A stretch of DNA of 64,000 nt from Actinomycetota bacterium. Lineage in GTDB: Bacteria; Actinomycetota; Actinomycetes; Nanopelagicales; Nanopelagicaceae. Below, piece after piece: positions 61,530 to 64,000 of this stretch. Each line of letters starts with the position of its first letter. The first letter of the stretch is position 1. The position numbers were made by a program, and so were the translations under genes. A model generated the notes under the pieces. The model did not search any database. It was not told where the DNA came from and saw only the letters and a program-made list of their open reading frames with translations. Where the stretch lies: NCBI GenBank assembly GCA_026392935.1, contig JAPLBE010000013.1, positions 22,865 to 86,864 on the forward strand, in the 5' to 3' direction.

Positions 61530-62935
61530 CAACAGCACATCCGGAACTCGATGGCCTCGGCAACTATGAATATGGTTGGTCAGATAACAATGATGCAAGT
61601 GCCAACGCAAAGCGTGGCCTGAGCGAAGAAGTTGTACGCGACATTAGCGCTAAGAAGAACGAACCCGAATGGATGCTGGAGTTACGTCTTAAAGGATTAG
61701 GCCTGTTCTATAAGAAACCAATGCCATCCTGGGGATCTGACCTCAGTGGAATCTTTTTCGACACAATCAAGTATTTTGTTCGCTCGACAGAGAAGCAAGC
61801 AGCTACATGGGATGACCTACCAGACGACATTAAAAATACATATGATCGACTAGGAATTCCGGAAGCTGAAAAACAACGTCTTGTATCTGGTGTTGCGGCT
61901 CAATACGAATCTGAAGTTGTGTATCACTCGATTCGTGAGGATCTTGAGAAGCAGGGAGTTATCTTCCTTGATACAGATAGCGGTCTAAAGCAGCACCCAG
62001 AACTCTTCAAAGAGTATTTCGGTAGCGTCATTCCTGTAGGTGATAACAAATTCGCCGCGCTCAATACCTCAGTGTGGTCAGGTGGATCATTTATTTATGT
62101 TCCTAAGGGTGTTCACGTAGATATTCCATTACAGGCATATTTCCGTATCAACACTGAGAACATGGGTCAGTTCGAACGTACCTTGATCATTGCGGATGAG
62201 GATTCATATATCCACTATGTCGAAGGTTGTACTGCGCCAATTTACAAGTCAGATTCACTGCACTCAGCTGTTGTTGAGATAATTGTAAAAAAGGGTGCTC
62301 GTGTTCGTTACACAACAATCCAGAACTGGTCTAACAATGTCTACAACCTTGTAACTAAGCGAGCAACATGTGCTGAAGGCGCAACAATGGAATGGGTTGA
62401 TGGAAATATTGGTTCAAAGGTCACTATGAAGTATCCAGCGGTAATGCTTATGGGACCCCATGCAAAAGGCGAAACACTTTCACTCGCTTTCGCTGGACCT
62501 GGTCAACACCAGGATTCAGGAGCAAAGATGGTTCATGCTGCTCCATATACATCTTCGTCAGTTATCTCTAAATCTGTAGCTCGCGGCGGTGGACGCACTT
62601 CTTACCGTGGCTTGGTGCAGGTGCAAGAGGGCGCGCATCATTCAGCAAGCACAGTCAAGTGCGATGCACTTTTGGTCGACACTATTTCCCGTTCTGATAC
62701 ATACCCATATGTAGATATTCGTGAAGATGATGTCTCTATGGGTCACGAAGCGACGGTGTCAAAGATTTCCGATGATCAGCTCTTCTATCTCATGTCACGT
62801 GGCCTCAACGAAGATGAAGCGATGGCAATGATTGTCCGCGGTTTCATCGAACCAATCGCTCGTGAACTTCCAATGGAATACGCACTAGAACTCAACCGCC
62901 TCATTGAACTTCAGATGGAAGGCGCAGTCGGTTAA
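61526..62935 (+). CDS. sufB: Fe-S cluster assembly protein SufB (no intein)
   Basis: ATG 61526 overlaps the sufR stop (ATGA). 469 aa of typical SufB sequence ([26 protein letters not shown]). Confidence 0.95.
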   Translation: MTTAHPELDGLGNYEYGWSDNNDASANAKRGLSEEVVRDISAKKNEPEWMLELRLKGLGLFYKKPMPSWGSDLSGIFFDTIKYFVRSTEKQAATWDDLPDDIKNTYDRLGIPEAEKQRLVSGVAAQYESEVVYHSIREDLEKQGVIFLDTDSGLKQHPELFKEYFGSVIPVGDNKFAALNTSVWSGGSFIYVPKGVHVDIPLQAYFRINTENMGQFERTLIIADEDSYIHYVEGCTAPIYKSDSLHSAVVEIIVKKGARVRYTTIQNWSNNVYNLVTKRATCAEGATMEWVDGNIGSKVTMKYPAVMLMGPHAKGETLSLAFAGPGQHQDSGAKMVHAAPYTSSSVISKSVARGGGRTSYRGLVQVQEGAHHSASTVKCDALLVDTISRSDTYPYVDIREDDVSMGHEATVSKISDDQLFYLMSRGLNEDEAMAMIVRGFIEPIARELPMEYALELNRLIELQMEGAVG

Positions 62936-64000
62936 TGACAACTCTTCAATCAAATCTTCTAGAAAATCACACTCCTACGGGACGTGAAGAAGCGTGGCGT
63001 TTCACGCCACTCAAACGTCTGGGTGGAATGCATGATGGTTCTGCACTGGCAGTTTCCCGTCATTCACTTGCTGCAGAGAACTCGCTTCCAAAAGGCGTCT
63101 CTTTAGTGCAACGTGAAATCACAGCACTCACAGAAACAGATGATGCAATTGTCAACCGTGTACGAGAGTTCACGAATGTTGGAACAGTCCTAACTATCGA
63201 AGCGAATACTGAAATTGCAGAGCCAATCTTTCTAGGACGAACATCTGAAGGAACGGCAGAAGCTGAATTTTCTCGTGTACTAATCAATGCTGGTGTTAAT
63301 TCAAAGGCAGTAGTAATCATTGAAAATACAGGTGACACGCATCTTGCTGAAGATCTAGAAATCCAGGTTTCTGCGGGCGCTCACTTGACCTTCATCTCAC
63401 TGCAAGAGTGGGGAGCAAAGACAATTCACGCAGCTCGCCATCACGCGGTTGTTGATAGAGATGCAACGTTTAAATCAATTGTTGTAACGATTGGGGGAGA
63501 CGTTGTTCGCTTGCTGCCAACTGTGGATTTCATTGCACCGGGTGCGTCATGTGATCTATCGGGTGTCTACTTTGCAACAGCTGGACAGTTTTTCGAACAT
63601 CGAATGTTTGTCGACCACAAGGTTCCAAATGCTAAATCCCGCGTAAATTACAAGGGTGCACTTGCCGGTGATAAAGCACACACCGTATGGATTGGTGATG
63701 TCTTCATTAGAGCAGCTGCAGAAGGAACAGATACATACGAGCTCAATCGCAATTTGCTTCTCTCAGATGGCGCACGTGCAGACTCTGTTCCAAACCTAGA
63801 AATCGAAACTGGCGAAATTGTTGGAGCAGGTCACGCTTCTACTACAGGTCGCTTTGATGACGAGCAGCTTTTCTACTTGATGTCACGAGGTATCAATGGA
63901 GATGACGCACGTCGTCTCGTTGTTCGTGGTTTCTTTAACGAGATTGTCTCTGAAATCAATAACGAAGAGATTCAAAACCGCATCATGAGCAGAATTGATG
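62935..64000 (+). CDS. sufD: Fe-S cluster assembly protein SufD (3' end outside the window)
   Basis: ATG 62935 overlaps the sufB stop (TAATG). The frame stays open to the window end ([29 protein letters not shown]... FYLMSRGINGDDARRLVVRGFF). Confidence 0.9.
   Translation, partial: MTTLQSNLLENHTPTGREEAWRFTPLKRLGGMHDGSALAVSRHSLAAENSLPKGVSLVQREITALTETDDAIVNRVREFTNVGTVLTIEANTEIAEPIFLGRTSEGTAEAEFSRVLINAGVNSKAVVIIENTGDTHLAEDLEIQVSAGAHLTFISLQEWGAKTIHAARHHAVVDRDATFKSIVVTIGGDVVRLLPTVDFIAPGASCDLSGVYFATAGQFFEHRMFVDHKVPNAKSRVNYKGALAGDKAHTVWIGDVFIRAAAEGTDTYELNRNLLLSDGARADSVPNLEIETGEIVGAGHASTTGRFDDEQLFYLMSRGINGDDARRLVVRGFFNEIVSEINNEEIQNRIMSRID

Overview
This window is actinobacterial core genome. It is very compact, with about 60 genes and only eight spacers over 80 bp, and GC looks mid-40s% by eye. 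From memory, gene order matches the Streptomyces/Mycobacterium chromosome core. In order it holds: the end of the dcw cluster (ftsZ-pgeF-yggS-sepF-yggT); ileS (minus strand) with a T-box leader; a DdbA-like H1/DksA fusion, lspA, rluD and dnaE; a translationally coupled hisDCBH-hisA(PriA)-hisF-hisI-trpE-(56-aa ORF)-trpCBA-mauE/dsbA-lgt-VIT array; gltBD; pyk; one tRNA; pdtaR; a liv-type ABC transporter; a hotdog thioesterase; polA; rpsA; coaE; contiguous uvrB-uvrA-uvrC; rapZ-yvcK-whiA; gap-pgk-tpiA-secG; rbpA; ctaA-tkt-pgi (minus strand); and sufR-sufB-sufD. Every long ORF has an ordinary housekeeping assignment. I see no mobile elements, CRISPR, prophage, toxin-antitoxin or defence genes, and no convincing novel multi-gene system. 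The points worth a second look are small-scale. (1) A well-folding tRNA has anticodon CAA (Leu) but a class-I 5-nt variable loop, and its 3' end sits 1 nt before the pdtaR start codon. (2) The ileS T-box appears to work by Shine-Dalgarno (SD) sequestration and may carry a very short Stem I. (3) divIVA is missing from its conserved slot, and the yggT and ileS stop codons overlap there. (4) An unannotated 56-aa membrane ORF is ATGA-coupled between trpE and trpC. (5) A TANNNT box recurs exactly 6 nt upstream of many start codons, which is a leaderless-mRNA signature. (6) SD-occluding or palindromic structures lie ahead of gltB, the liv operon, rpsA and gap. The lineage guess, a genome-streamlined and possibly freshwater acI-like actinobacterium, is inference only.
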